NCBI GenBank assembly: GCA_963753595.1
Contig: CAVWCX010000036.1
Location: 32,001 to 96,000 of the forward strand
Source of the DNA: Candidatus Methanoperedenaceae archaeon
GTDB lineage: Archaea; Halobacteriota; Methanosarcinia; Methanosarcinales; Methanoperedenaceae
DNA length: 64,000 bases
Reading direction: 5' to 3'
The number at the start of each line of letters is the position of its first letter. The stretch's first letter is position 1. Below, piece by piece: positions 20,598 through 31,259 of this stretch. The notes under the pieces were generated by a model, which was not told the origin of the DNA, did not search any database, and worked only from the letters and a program-made list of their open reading frames with translations. The position numbers and the translations under genes were made by a program.

Positions 20598-20754
20598 TCT
20601 TTAAAAAACATGCTGATAAATCAGGAGGGTGTATGAAGATTTATACAGTTTATTGTATTCCCTCATCATGTTGCTTAATAAATCTTCAGTAAGATTTATA
20701 TATAAAAAGTTATTATATTTACATAGACTTTTTAAGGTCAGGAGGCAAAAACTT

Positions 20755-20799
20755 ATGGCAAAGAAAGTAACTAAAGGAAAGCCAAAACCCAAAAAGTAA
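20755..20799 (+). CDS. Candidate 14-aa basic micropeptide MAKKVTKGKPKPKK
   Basis: TTTATATA box at 20694, AGGAGG at 20740-20745, double TAA stop, hairpin plus T-run terminator. Confidence 0.6.
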   Translation: MAKKVTKGKPKPKK

Positions 20800-20826
20800 T
20801 AAATCTGATTACTTTTCTTTTTTTTT
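20792..20826 (+). terminator. Hairpin plus long T tract after the micro-ORF
   Basis: AAAAGTAAT-N7-ATTACTTTT followed by CTTTTTTTTT. Confidence 0.6.
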
Positions 20827-21223
20827 GTAAAAACGAATTCTAAATCCCAGTCAGTGTTAACTCAGGCCGGAAAAAAAGGGAATAAAGGCGCAAAATTGTA
20901 GACTTTTTTTTTATAGTTTTTATCTTTCCCAGATTCAAATTACACTGCGAAATAGTGATATATCTTTAGTCTGACAGATTCAGAAAATTCAGAAGGTTCA
21001 TATTTATGAAAATCACATCGCTTCAACTGATTATTGTTAGCAGAATGTATAACACCACACGTATTTATAAAGTTATATAATCTATAATTTATTTGAGAAA
21101 CAGCTATGGTTGATACATTTCATCATTATAAAATTTATGCTTCTGTCAAATTAAGGATATACGTTTATACTTTCCAACGCGTAAAAAAAATCGCCCTTTA
21201 TGAAGGACGATTATGCTAAATTC

Positions 21224-22096
21224 CTACTCAAGCCCGAAATGCTTTACATTCCAGTCAGCTATCGCCTGTATCTTCTTGATACTTTCATTTTTTCCTTCCA
21301 TTGTGAAAAGATGTTTGAAGCGCCCCTGGACTTTCAGGTATTCTTCCACAGGTTTCCGGTTCTTGATCTTCCTGACGTTTGTGATCTCGCCATTTTCCAT
21401 CTCATATAGAGGCCACAAAGCAGTCTCAACTGCCAGCCTGCCAACCTCTATTGTCTTTGAGCTGTCAAATTTCCAGCCCGTGCAGCAAGGCGCATGAACA
21501 TGAACATAAGTGGGACCTTTTACCTGGGCTGCCTTTTTCACTTTTTTTATCATATCGGGCGCATATCCGATCGAAGCTGTTGCCACATAAGGAGACCCGT
21601 GGGCTGCGATTATCGCAGGCATATTTTTTTTATTCAGGGGATTCCCGATCGAGGCTTTGCCGTGTGGGCTCGTAGTTGTGCTTGCATATAATGGTGTAGC
21701 GCCGCTTCGCTGGATACCTGTATTCATATAAGCCTCATTATCAACACAGATATAGGTAAAATCGGTCCCGCGCTCAAATGCGCCCGATATTGCCTGTAAA
21801 CCTATATCAAAGGTGGCGCCGTCTCCGCCAATAGCCACGATCTTTGTGTTATTTTTCTTACCAAGTGCTATCAGCGCTGCATCAACGCCTGAAGCAACAG
21901 CTGCTGCATTCTCAAAAAGAGAATGTATCCATGGAACGCCCCATGCAGACTCAGGATATGGGGTGGTAAACACTTCAAGACATCCTGTCGGGCTGACAAC
22001 TATAACATCCTCGCCAAGAGCATCAAGCATGAATTTTCCTGCAAAAGCATCTCCGCAACCTGCACATCCACGATGACCGGGTTTTAACAGGCTCAT
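21224..22096 (-). CDS. porB: Pyruvate:ferredoxin oxidoreductase beta subunit
   Basis: [32 protein letters not shown]. Confidence 0.95.
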   Translation of the reverse strand: MSLLKPGHRGCAGCGDAFAGKFMLDALGEDVIVVSPTGCLEVFTTPYPESAWGVPWIHSLFENAAAVASGVDAALIALGKKNNTKIVAIGGDGATFDIGLQAISGAFERGTDFTYICVDNEAYMNTGIQRSGATPLYASTTTSPHGKASIGNPLNKKNMPAIIAAHGSPYVATASIGYAPDMIKKVKKAAQVKGPTYVHVHAPCCTGWKFDSSKTIEVGRLAVETALWPLYEMENGEITNVRKIKNRKPVEEYLKVQGRFKHLFTMEGKNESIKKIQAIADWNVKHFGLE

Positions 22097-23280
22097 GCCA
22101 GGTCCTCCCTCAGGTCTGCGTATTCGCTTTCTATGAATATACCTTTTTCAACTAATTTTGCCTTGTTGATAATTTTCTTGATAATATGTATGGGAATATC
22201 GCGTCCACCGTGACCAAGCATGAAACCGATAACTGGCACCCTATTGTCTGTGTTATGGAGACAGGCCTTGACTTCAGTACAAAGTGCCCCCTCATTCTTT
22301 CCGACAGAAATATTCTTATCAAGAGTTATGACGACCTTTGCATTCTTCAGTGATTTCCTTATAGCCTCTGTCGGGAAAGGCCTGAAAGACCGAACTTTAA
22401 GAAGTCCGACACTTTCTCCTTCGGATCGAAGTTCATCGATCGTATCTTTTATAGTTCCAATGATAGAACCCATTGCCATAATGACAATTTCCGCGTCATC
22501 AAGTACATAACCATCAATAAGGCCGCCGTAATATCTTCCATAGATATCTTTGAATTCGTTTGCGATCTCTTCTATCTTCTCTAAGGCCACACCCATTGCT
22601 TTTTCCTGTTTGTACCGAAACTCCGTATATGTACTTGGATCAGCAAAAGCGCCAAATGACATCGGGTTTTTCGGATCAAGAACGAATTCGGGATCATATG
22701 CAGGAAGGAATTCATCAGTGAGGCTCTGTTCAAGTAATATCACTGGTTCATATACATGGGAAAGGATAAATCCGTCCATACATGACATTGCGGGAAGCAA
22801 AACATCTTCATCCTCAGCAAGCTTGTATATCTGGGGGGTCATATCTGCTGATTCCTGGACATCCTCAGCATAAAGCTGTATCCAGCCCGTATCTCTCTGT
22901 GAGATGGAGTCCTGCTGGTCATTCCATATATTTATTGGGGCCGAAAGTGCACGGTTCACAACTGTCATGACAATGGGTAATCTCATCCCCGAGGCATTGA
23001 ATAATACTTCATGCATGAGCGCAAGGCCTTGCGAAGTTGTTGAGGAATATGTCCTTGCTCCTGCTGCGCTTGCTCCTATTAAAGCCGAAATGGCTGAGAA
23101 TTCCGATTCCACATTCATATATTGGCAATCTATATCACCATCAGCAACAAATTGCGCCAGGTCCTCAACAATATGCGTCTGGGGGGTGATAGGATATGCT
23201 GATATTACATTTGGCCTGCATACCTTCACGGCATGAGCCACCGCGTACGATCCTTCTACAACTACCATGTTTTTTCTCAT
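22093..23280 (-). CDS. porA: Pyruvate:ferredoxin oxidoreductase alpha subunit
   Basis: [21 protein letters not shown]. Confidence 0.95.
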   Translation of the reverse strand: MRKNMVVVEGSYAVAHAVKVCRPNVISAYPITPQTHIVEDLAQFVADGDIDCQYMNVESEFSAISALIGASAAGARTYSSTTSQGLALMHEVLFNASGMRLPIVMTVVNRALSAPINIWNDQQDSISQRDTGWIQLYAEDVQESADMTPQIYKLAEDEDVLLPAMSCMDGFILSHVYEPVILLEQSLTDEFLPAYDPEFVLDPKNPMSFGAFADPSTYTEFRYKQEKAMGVALEKIEEIANEFKDIYGRYYGGLIDGYVLDDAEIVIMAMGSIIGTIKDTIDELRSEGESVGLLKVRSFRPFPTEAIRKSLKNAKVVITLDKNISVGKNEGALCTEVKACLHNTDNRVPVIGFMLGHGGRDIPIHIIKKIINKAKLVEKGIFIESEYADLREDLA

Positions 23281-23537
23281 TTTCCCTCCAGCACCATTAC
23301 GATGGCTTTCTTTGGACATTCGTTAGCACAAATGCCGCATCCTTTGCAGTATTCATAATCCGGCTCAAAATAACCATTTTCCAACTTATAGACAACTCCT
23401 TCAGGGCAATAAATCCCGCAAATCCCGCATTTACTGCATAGTTTATGATCAAAAACCGGCCTGAATGAACGCCATGCTCCTGTTTTATTTGCGCGGGTGC
23501 TCCCTGGTTTTGTCACTGTCTTGATTACAAGTTTCAT
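23277..23537 (-). CDS. porD: Pyruvate:ferredoxin oxidoreductase delta subunit
   Basis: KTGAWR and two 4Fe-4S motifs. Confidence 0.93.
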   Translation of the reverse strand: MKLVIKTVTKPGSTRANKTGAWRSFRPVFDHKLCSKCGICGIYCPEGVVYKLENGYFEPDYEYCKGCGICANECPKKAIVMVLEGK

Positions 23538-24079
23538 CGCTGGGCCTCCATAAGATCATATGCAGCTTGTATTGCCTGGCAATTTTTCTCACCGACTTTT
23601 CCAGGGAACCGTTCCATAACGGCATTTTTAATGGATTCCGGATTGATAAGACCGGAGACACCGGCAAAAGCGCCGGCAAGAACAGTATTAACAATGGGTT
23701 TTCCAATGATGTCCATTGCAAGTTTTGTGGCATCCAGGGTTTTGACGATAGCTTTTGTGTTAAAATTGAAAGTATCCGGGCTTTTTTCCGTGTTTATTAA
23801 AATAAATCCATCGGGCTTGGTCCCTGCGGCCACATTAACTACATCAATGAGCGTCGCATCCTGTACTACCACATAGTCAGGTTCATATATCTGGCTCCGC
23901 AGACGTATGGGTTTTTCATCAATACGCACAAATGCAGTTACCGGGGCGCCTCTTCTTTCAACGCCAAACGCAGGAAAAGCCTGGCTGTATTTCCCGTCCT
24001 CAAATGCTGCAACGGCCAGTAGTTCTGCTGCAGTCACAGAACCCTGTCCACCGCGACCATGTATTCGAATTTCCTTCAT
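23534..24079 (-). CDS. porC: Pyruvate:ferredoxin oxidoreductase gamma subunit
   Basis: [21 protein letters not shown]. Confidence 0.95.
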   Translation of the reverse strand: MKEIRIHGRGGQGSVTAAELLAVAAFEDGKYSQAFPAFGVERRGAPVTAFVRIDEKPIRLRSQIYEPDYVVVQDATLIDVVNVAAGTKPDGFILINTEKSPDTFNFNTKAIVKTLDATKLAMDIIGKPIVNTVLAGAFAGVSGLINPESIKNAVMERFPGKVGEKNCQAIQAAYDLMEAQR

Positions 24080-24270
24080 TTCCTTTCTCCAAGAATAATA
24101 GATAATGTATATATTTATTAATTATTTAACAATCAATCGTGATGAATGCTCAAACAATTGCATTATGGTATTTATTCTTTACGGGGTGAGAATATTGTAT
24201 TCCTGAAAAACACTATTGAAAATTTGAGTAAACTATATCTCATTTCGAGACGTAATAATGAAGTTTAAAT

Positions 24271-25542
24271 ATGACAGATGAGAAATTTTTGATAACGGAA
24301 TTGGTATTGACAGCACATCTGTATAATCAGTCAGATAAGCTTACCGTAGATGACCTTCCACAGAAAATAAGGAAACATTACTGGGATGATAAAGAAAAAA
24401 CCGTAAAGCGTCCCATTTATGTAACTGAAGGGGATATAAAAACCATTTATGGAATTGAAAATGTAAAAAACAGTACAAAATTACTTCCTTTCCTTGAATT
24501 CGAAGATTTTGGCTCCCAGATCAAACTCAACATCTTTGATCTTGCGATAAAGTGGGTATCAAAACATCCTGAAGCGGTTGAGAATATAAATAAGAATCCT
24601 GTTCTGGCTTCATTTTTTGAGAGTTATGATTCACTACCAGTAAGCTATAAGAAAGCAAAAGCTTCGATCATGCCAAAAGAAAGCGGCAGGGAATGGATCA
24701 ACTCCCTGATCAAGAGCATTGAATCTGAAAAAGGATCCGAAGATATGCTAAAACTTGCACACATTGTAGCGCCGGAGGATATTAAACAGAATATTTCTGA
24801 CCTTATCCTTACAAAAGCCCAGGAAGATGAGATCGAAAAAATGACTAAAGCGATACAATATCGCGATTACCTGAAGCGCATCGGTCTTCGGGAAATCGGG
24901 AAATTATTGTTCGTCGGGCCGCCAGGAACAGGAAAGACCTCGGTTGCCAGGGCTATTTCAGGTCAGCTTAAGATCCCGATAGTTGAAGTAAAACTCTCAC
25001 AAATTGCTGACCAGTATCTTGGCGAGACAGCCAAGAACATCGACAGGGTCTTTGAACTCGCAAAGCGCCTCAGTCCTTGCATCCTCTTTATCGATGAATT
25101 CGATTTCGTGGCAAAAGCAAGGGCAACGGATGAGCATGCAGCATTGAAAAGGGCGGTAAACACACTTCTTAAAGCCATTGACGAGGTCAGCCTTGTTGAA
25201 CATGGTGTACTGGTCATCGGAGCCACAAACCATCCTAACATACTTGACCATGCGGCATGGAGGAGGTTTGATGAGATCGTTGAGTTTGCATTGCCTGAAA
25301 AGGACATGAGGAAAAAGATACTTGATCTTATTTTAAGGGGCATCGAAGGTACCTTCGATACTGAAGAAATTGCTAATATTTCAGAAGGATATTCAGGATC
25401 GGATCTTCGCCTCATAGTAAGGGAGGCTGTTCTTAACGGGCTTATTACGGAAAGAACCGTCCTGACGCAGCAGGATCTGCTTCGTGGGGTTACCGAGTTC
25501 AATAAACGGACACATCTAAAGAAGCTTGATGAAAGTGTATGA
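24271..25542 (+). CDS. AAA+ ATPase (classic AAA clade) with uncharacterised N-terminal domain
   Basis: GPPGTGKT, FIDEFD, ATNH..LDHAAWRRFD. Confidence 0.9.
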   Translation: MTDEKFLITELVLTAHLYNQSDKLTVDDLPQKIRKHYWDDKEKTVKRPIYVTEGDIKTIYGIENVKNSTKLLPFLEFEDFGSQIKLNIFDLAIKWVSKHPEAVENINKNPVLASFFESYDSLPVSYKKAKASIMPKESGREWINSLIKSIESEKGSEDMLKLAHIVAPEDIKQNISDLILTKAQEDEIEKMTKAIQYRDYLKRIGLREIGKLLFVGPPGTGKTSVARAISGQLKIPIVEVKLSQIADQYLGETAKNIDRVFELAKRLSPCILFIDEFDFVAKARATDEHAALKRAVNTLLKAIDEVSLVEHGVLVIGATNHPNILDHAAWRRFDEIVEFALPEKDMRKKILDLILRGIEGTFDTEEIANISEGYSGSDLRLIVREAVLNGLITERTVLTQQDLLRGVTEFNKRTHLKKLDESV

Positions 25543-26279
25543 AAATAACACTTCTGGGAACTGGCGATGCTGTAGGAACACCTAAAATAGGATGTTCCTG
25601 CCCGACATGTCTTGATGCATTAGGGGGTGGCAAAAGCAGAAGACTTCGGTTTTCAGTTCTCGTTGAATCGGAATGCGGCAAAGTACTTATTGATACAAGC
25701 CCGGATTTGCGGTGGCAGCTTTTAAGAAAAGGTATAAGCCACGTTGATGGGGTGATCTGGACGCATGCCCATTATGACCATTATGCTGGTTTTGGGGATT
25801 TTCACCGTATCCAGAATGGGGTTAATGTTTATGGCCTGAAGATTACGCTGGATTACATATTGAATTATCTTTATTTCATGAATCCTGTGAGGCATGATGT
25901 ATTTCTTTATGAGCCTTTTTCACTTATAGGACTTGATTTTACGCTCCTTGAAGTAACACATCCGCCGCTTGAAGAGTCGGCAGCCGTAATAATATCAGAC
26001 GGCAGTAAAAAAGTCGTTATCACAGGCGATACTTCAAAAAATATTCCGGAAAAAACCCTTACGGCAATGTTTGAACCTGACCTATTGATAGCAGATGCCA
26101 TTATCCCACCGCGGGCGACTATTGCCAAACACATGAATTCAAAAGAAGCGATGGAACTCGGAAGGGAATTGAATGCAAAAAATGTGGTACTGACACATCT
26201 TAGCCATAAATTCCCCCCGCATGATGACTCAATTAAAGAGTGGCCTCTTGGCTATGATGGCCTGGAATTTGAATTTTAA
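25539..26279 (+). CDS. MBL-fold metallohydrolase (PhnP-like)
   Basis: LGTG..P.IGCxCxxC, THAHYDH, THLSH. Confidence 0.9.
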   Translation: MKITLLGTGDAVGTPKIGCSCPTCLDALGGGKSRRLRFSVLVESECGKVLIDTSPDLRWQLLRKGISHVDGVIWTHAHYDHYAGFGDFHRIQNGVNVYGLKITLDYILNYLYFMNPVRHDVFLYEPFSLIGLDFTLLEVTHPPLEESAAVIISDGSKKVVITGDTSKNIPEKTLTAMFEPDLLIADAIIPPRATIAKHMNSKEAMELGRELNAKNVVLTHLSHKFPPHDDSIKEWPLGYDGLEFEF

Positions 26280-26416
26280 TGTTTTGGGAAAATGGATGTT
26301 TCTGATGGCTGCTGTCCTTCAATATGCTCGTTAGGCGGGCCATAAGACTGGTCAGCCTTCTGCAGTAAACGCATCCATATTTCATATCCTAGATCAATAA
26401 ATTCGTTTTTGATCAT
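26276..26416 (-). CDS. Small hypothetical protein (46 aa)
   Basis: AGGTG RBS then MIKNEFIDLGYEIWMRLLQKADQSYGPP..; below the ORF-track cutoff. Confidence 0.4.
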   Translation of the reverse strand: MIKNEFIDLGYEIWMRLLQKADQSYGPPNEHIEGQQPSETSIFPKH

Positions 26417-26519
26417 AACACACCTAACCTATCCATTTTTTAACAGGTCTTGCAAGTATATTAAATGACTGGTTGTATTTTGAGTTTGCCCCCGCCGAAA
26501 TTTTTGGCTCATTCAGAAT

Positions 26520-28565
26520 TCAGCCGCCGCTTCCTACATATATCAATGCGATCACAAGCGTGATAAGGATATACAGCAGGTAAGTCTGGATATATCCGGT
26601 CTGTATTATCCTCATAAATCTTGATAATGTTACTACCACCCAGGTCACGGGATCATAAAGGTACTTTTCGAATATTGGCTCAATTTCAGATTCGAATATC
26701 ACTTTCTCTTTAAAGAAAGGTGAATCCGAATACATTGTCTGTATTTCCCTGTGAGATCTGAAGATCCCCCCGAACCACATGCGTATCGGCTTTGAAAATG
26801 CTGTTGCAGTATATTCATTTCTTCCAGTTGAAACGGGCTGCCCGCAACCCCATGTTTCATATATTGGTGCTGGTGTCTGGCGGAAATAAAGATACATTAC
26901 GACAGGAAGCGGCAAAACCACAAATACAAGGATCGCGATCCATAGAGTCGATATGGTCGCTGGTGTTGAAGAAAAGGATGTGGAAACCGTAGCTATTGAA
27001 TAGTCAAAATTGATCCTGGAAAGTATACTTACGCCTACAAGTGATGCGGATATTGAATCAATGATTTTGATGAAATAAAATGGCAAAACACCAAGGACAA
27101 TGCACATCATAGAAAGAAGGAACATCCCGATCAGCATGGAAACCGGTACTTCTTTTGAATGTTCTGCATGACTGCTTCGGGGAAGCGCAAGGAAACTGAT
27201 GCCGAAAGCTTTTACAAAACAGGCCGCGGCAAGAGCGCTTGTAAGAGCAAGAGCTGCACCGCTGAAAAGCACCAGGATCTTAGTAATATTATCTGAAAGA
27301 GTAATACTTAGCAATTGAGCCTGGAATGTCAGCCATTCACTCACAAAACCATTAAATGGAGGAAGTGCCGAGATAGATATTGCACCTATTAAGAAAAAGA
27401 GCGCTGTCCATGGCATTTTCTTTATCAGTCCCCCGTATTCCTCAATGTTCCTTGTGTGGGTTGAATATACTATTGAACCTGCTCCCATGAACAGCAATGA
27501 TTTAAAAACTGCGTGGTTTATCGTATGATAAAGGCCTGCTATTAATCCAAATGCTGCAAGGTCAGGATGCCCCGAAGCCATAAAGATCATTGCAACTCCA
27601 ACACCTATCAGGATAATTCCTATGTTTTCAACACTGTGATACGCAAGCAAGCGTTTCATATCATGTTCCATGAGGGCGTACATTACACCAAGAAGTGCGG
27701 AAATTGTGGCTATTATCAGCACAATAATACCCCACCAGGCAACGCCTGCGCCAAGGAAATCAAAAAAGACACGGATCAGCATGAAAATTGCAGTTTTTAT
27801 CATTACTCCAGACATGAGTGCGGATACGTTACTCGGTGCGGCAGGATGTGCATATGGCAGCCATATATGGAGAGGAACGATTCCTGCTTTTGTGCCAAAA
27901 CCGATAAGAGCAAAAAGGAAAACCATGTCCTTAAGGTAGGGGGCCATACTGCCGCCTATCCCGCGGAATGTTTCAAAATTAAAACTGCCTGTTGAACCTG
28001 CAAGGATAAGGAACGATAAAATTATGAAGCCTGTGCCAATATGGGTCATCACGATATAAATAAAACCGGCTTTTCTTGTTTCTTTTTTTTCGTGTTCATA
28101 CATAACAAGCAAATAGGAAATTATTGACATCAATTCCCAGACTATTAGGAACATGACCGCATTGTTTGCAGAAACAACGAGGACCATTGAAATGATGAAC
28201 ATATTATACAGGAATCCCAGGTAACCGATGTTCTTTTTTCCGAAATATTCGGTAACATATCCTGTTGAATAGATCGAAACTGCAAATGCTGTTATTGATA
28301 TGATAAGAATAAAGAATGCTGATAATTTATCAACATAAAAGCCATAACTCAGCAGCGTTCCGCCTTGCGACATGTAATTGAAGGTATTACCAAACAGCAC
28401 GGAAAATGAAAAAATAATTCCTAAAATCGATGCGATGGCTGCACTGAAAAATGAAGCATATGTACACAAGCGATTTTTTTTATTGAATATCAGGGCAGAT
28501 ACAGCCCCGATCAAGTATATTGCAATACTTCCTAAAAACAAATAGGAGTTCATATTGTCCGCCAT
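26520..28565 (-). CDS. hyfB: Hydrogenase-4 component B-like antiporter-type membrane subunit
   Basis: WELMS, KAGIVPLHIWLPYAHPAAPS, KRLLAYHSVENIG, PPFNGFVSEW, TWGCG. Confidence 0.9.
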   Translation of the reverse strand: MADNMNSYLFLGSIAIYLIGAVSALIFNKKNRLCTYASFFSAAIASILGIIFSFSVLFGNTFNYMSQGGTLLSYGFYVDKLSAFFILIISITAFAVSIYSTGYVTEYFGKKNIGYLGFLYNMFIISMVLVVSANNAVMFLIVWELMSIISYLLVMYEHEKKETRKAGFIYIVMTHIGTGFIILSFLILAGSTGSFNFETFRGIGGSMAPYLKDMVFLFALIGFGTKAGIVPLHIWLPYAHPAAPSNVSALMSGVMIKTAIFMLIRVFFDFLGAGVAWWGIIVLIIATISALLGVMYALMEHDMKRLLAYHSVENIGIILIGVGVAMIFMASGHPDLAAFGLIAGLYHTINHAVFKSLLFMGAGSIVYSTHTRNIEEYGGLIKKMPWTALFFLIGAISISALPPFNGFVSEWLTFQAQLLSITLSDNITKILVLFSGAALALTSALAAACFVKAFGISFLALPRSSHAEHSKEVPVSMLIGMFLLSMMCIVLGVLPFYFIKIIDSISASLVGVSILSRINFDYSIATVSTSFSSTPATISTLWIAILVFVVLPLPVVMYLYFRQTPAPIYETWGCGQPVSTGRNEYTATAFSKPIRMWFGGIFRSHREIQTMYSDSPFFKEKVIFESEIEPIFEKYLYDPVTWVVVTLSRFMRIIQTGYIQTYLLYILITLVIALIYVGSGG

Positions 28566-28627
28566 GAGATATATTTGCTAACGGTAAACTCATATTTAAT
28601 ATTTAAAGATTGTCAATTCATTTAATT

Positions 28628-29350
28628 CTAATTTTCATCGAATTCCAGCGCTTCACCAAGGGTGAAATTCCCTACATACAGGGCAGCTCCGATAACAATA
28701 CCTTTTGCTCCTGTCCCCTTAATTATTTCAATATCTGATAATGTGGTTATTCCACCCGATGCTATGACCGGGATTTCCAGCGCATCCACAAGTTCTTTTG
28801 TAGGTGCCGGGTTTACTCCCTGTAATAACCCTTCTGTATTAATATCTGTAAAAAGTATGCTTCCTGCCCCCAGTTTTTCAAATTTCCTGCCAAGCTCAAC
28901 GGCTGAAAAAGCAGATTGTTCAGCCCAGCCATGTGTAGTAACCCTGCCATTTTTTGAATCAAGGGCAACCATTATCCTGTCGCTTCCGAATTCATCTGCG
29001 AGTTCTTTGACCAGGGAAGGTTGCTTTATTGCGGCGGTACCCAGGATTATCCTGTCCAGGCCCAGTGAAAGAAGTTCCTGCGCATCTTTTTTTGACCTTA
29101 TTCCACCGCCTGCCTGCGTTTCAATCCTGGAAAATTTTATTATGGATTCAATTATTGGACTGTTTAAACGGTTTCCTTCGATGGCGCCGTCAAGATCAAT
29201 GAGATGAATTATCCTTGCGCCACCCTTTATCCAGCGCAGGGCGACATCTAAAGGATTGTCAATTGATACTCTCTCCGTACCTGGAATACCCTGGATAAGT
29301 GAAACGCATTTCCTGTTTTTTATATCGATCGCCGGGATTACTCTGAACAT
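28628..29350 (-). CDS. hisA: ProFAR isomerase
   Basis: IPAIDI, HLIDLDGA, GGGIR, ASGG. Confidence 0.95.
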   Translation of the reverse strand: MFRVIPAIDIKNRKCVSLIQGIPGTERVSIDNPLDVALRWIKGGARIIHLIDLDGAIEGNRLNSPIIESIIKFSRIETQAGGGIRSKKDAQELLSLGLDRIILGTAAIKQPSLVKELADEFGSDRIMVALDSKNGRVTTHGWAEQSAFSAVELGRKFEKLGAGSILFTDINTEGLLQGVNPAPTKELVDALEIPVIASGGITTLSDIEIIKGTGAKGIVIGAALYVGNFTLGEALEFDEN

Positions 29351-29556
29351 TTGACCACAATTTTTTTATGACAAAAGGGTGCAGTCTGAAATAACAGTTT
29401 CCATTCCATTAAAAGAAATTTCACACAGTTATGATTTGCAGAGTTTATTTTGAATGTTTGATACATAAGATATAAATGCTATGCAAAAGTATTAGGGCTG
29501 CCCAAATGTGAGGGCTGCGCCGGAAAATTCCGGGGCTAAAGCCACAGGAGGAAAAT

Positions 29557-30276
29557 ATGGCTAAAAAAGAAGAAACAAAAGAAGTAAAAGAAACCAAGAA
29601 AGAAGCTCCTAAGAAAGAGGCTCCCAAGCAGGAAGCTGTTCCCCAGGAAGCGAAGAAAGAGAAGAAACAGGATAAGAAACACGAGGGAAAAGGGGAAGGG
29701 AAAGAGCACGAAAAGAAAGATCGTAAAGGTGCCCCAAAAGAAGGAAAGAAAGAAGCTCCTAAAGGCAAAGAAGCAGGCCCTGAGATCAAACATTTTGTCC
29801 GTATCGCAAATACTGACCTTGATGGCAAAAAAAGCGTCCAGTATGGACTTATAGGAATAAAAGGTATAGGCAGACGCGCGGCAAAAATCTTAACCGTTAA
29901 TTCGGCTGTTGACCCGAAAGCAATATTGGGTTATGTTTCCGATGCGGAAACAGAGAGATTACAATCATCAGTAGAAAATATATCGACCATTCTCCCGACA
30001 TGGATGGTAAATAAACAAAACGATATTATGTCCGGTGAAGACAAGCACCTTATCGGGACAGATGTATTATTGGGTCTTAATGAAGATTTGAACACAATGA
30101 AAAAAATGCGTTCGTATAAAGGATTAAGACATGAACGAGGTCTAAGAGTACGGGGCCAGCGCTCAAGATCCACTGGCAGAAGAGGAAGAACAGTAGGTGT
30201 ATCGCGTACAGCTCTTCAGGCCGCAAAACCCAAGGAAGCTGAAGCGAAAGAAGAGAAAAAAGGAGCTGGTAAATAA
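29557..30276 (+). CDS. rps13: 30S ribosomal protein S13 with Lys/Glu-rich extensions
   Basis: [29 protein letters not shown]. Confidence 0.96.
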   Translation: MAKKEETKEVKETKKEAPKKEAPKQEAVPQEAKKEKKQDKKHEGKGEGKEHEKKDRKGAPKEGKKEAPKGKEAGPEIKHFVRIANTDLDGKKSVQYGLIGIKGIGRRAAKILTVNSAVDPKAILGYVSDAETERLQSSVENISTILPTWMVNKQNDIMSGEDKHLIGTDVLLGLNEDLNTMKKMRSYKGLRHERGLRVRGQRSRSTGRRGRTVGVSRTALQAAKPKEAEAKEEKKGAGK

Positions 30277-30878
30277 TGGGCTACCCGGGAAAAAACAGGA
30301 AATCATATAACACGCCAAAGCATCCGTGGCAGGCATCCAGGATCGAACCTGAAGTCGAACTTGTAAAAAGATATGGCCTCAGGAACAAGAGAGAAGTCTG
30401 GAAAGCTCATAGCGAACTTAAGAAATATAGGGAACTTGCCAGGAAACTGCTTGCTGAAAGCATAAAAGGAGAACTTAAGGGGCATGTGAAAACAGACGGG
30501 GAAAATATTCTCGCCCGCTTGAAAAGGTATGGTCTATTGAAGACTGATGCAGTGCTTGATGACATCCTTTCACTTGATGTAAATAATTTCCTTGAGAGAA
30601 GACTTCAGACGCAGGTGCACAAGCAGGGACTTGCCAATACACATAAACAGGCCAGGCAGTTCATTGTCCATGGCCACATTAGCGTTGCAGGACGAAAGAT
30701 CACCATACCTGGTTATATTGTACCAGCTAATGAGGAATTGTCAATCGGTTATTATATCGGTTCTGAATTATCGAAAGAATCTCATCCGTCAAGACCTGGA
30801 CAGGTAGTCAGGAACGTTGTGCAGGAAACAACAGTATCAGATGAAACAAAAAATGTACCCATGAGGGAGGCAAAATAA
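30276..30878 (+). CDS. rps4: 30S ribosomal protein S4
   Basis: [25 protein letters not shown]. Confidence 0.97.
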   Translation: MGYPGKNRKSYNTPKHPWQASRIEPEVELVKRYGLRNKREVWKAHSELKKYRELARKLLAESIKGELKGHVKTDGENILARLKRYGLLKTDAVLDDILSLDVNNFLERRLQTQVHKQGLANTHKQARQFIVHGHISVAGRKITIPGYIVPANEELSIGYYIGSELSKESHPSRPGQVVRNVVQETTVSDETKNVPMREAK

Positions 30879-31259
30879 ATGGCAACTGAGAAATGGGCTG
30901 TAGCTCATATATATTCCTCGTTCAACAATACCCTGATAACGATCACTGATCTAACCGGGGCTGAAACGATAGCAAAAACAAGCGGCGGTATGGTTACAAA
31001 GGCTGCCAGGGAAGAGAGCTCCCCTTACACCGCCATGCAGATGGCTAACCAGATTGCTGATAAGATAAGAGACAAAGGAATAATGGGTATTCATATAAAA
31101 GTAAGAGCGCCTGGCGGCAACATGCAGAGGAGTCCCGGAGGCGGAGCGCAGGCTGCCATCAGGGCATTTGCACGTGCTGGAATAAAAATTGGCAGGATCG
31201 AGGATGTTACCCCGATACCTCATGACGGCACAAAACCTAAGAAGGGCAGGCGTGTGTAA
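30879..31259 (+). CDS. rps11: 30S ribosomal protein S11
   Basis: [21 protein letters not shown]. Confidence 0.97.
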   Translation: MATEKWAVAHIYSSFNNTLITITDLTGAETIAKTSGGMVTKAAREESSPYTAMQMANQIADKIRDKGIMGIHIKVRAPGGNMQRSPGGGAQAAIRAFARAGIKIGRIEDVTPIPHDGTKPKKGRRV

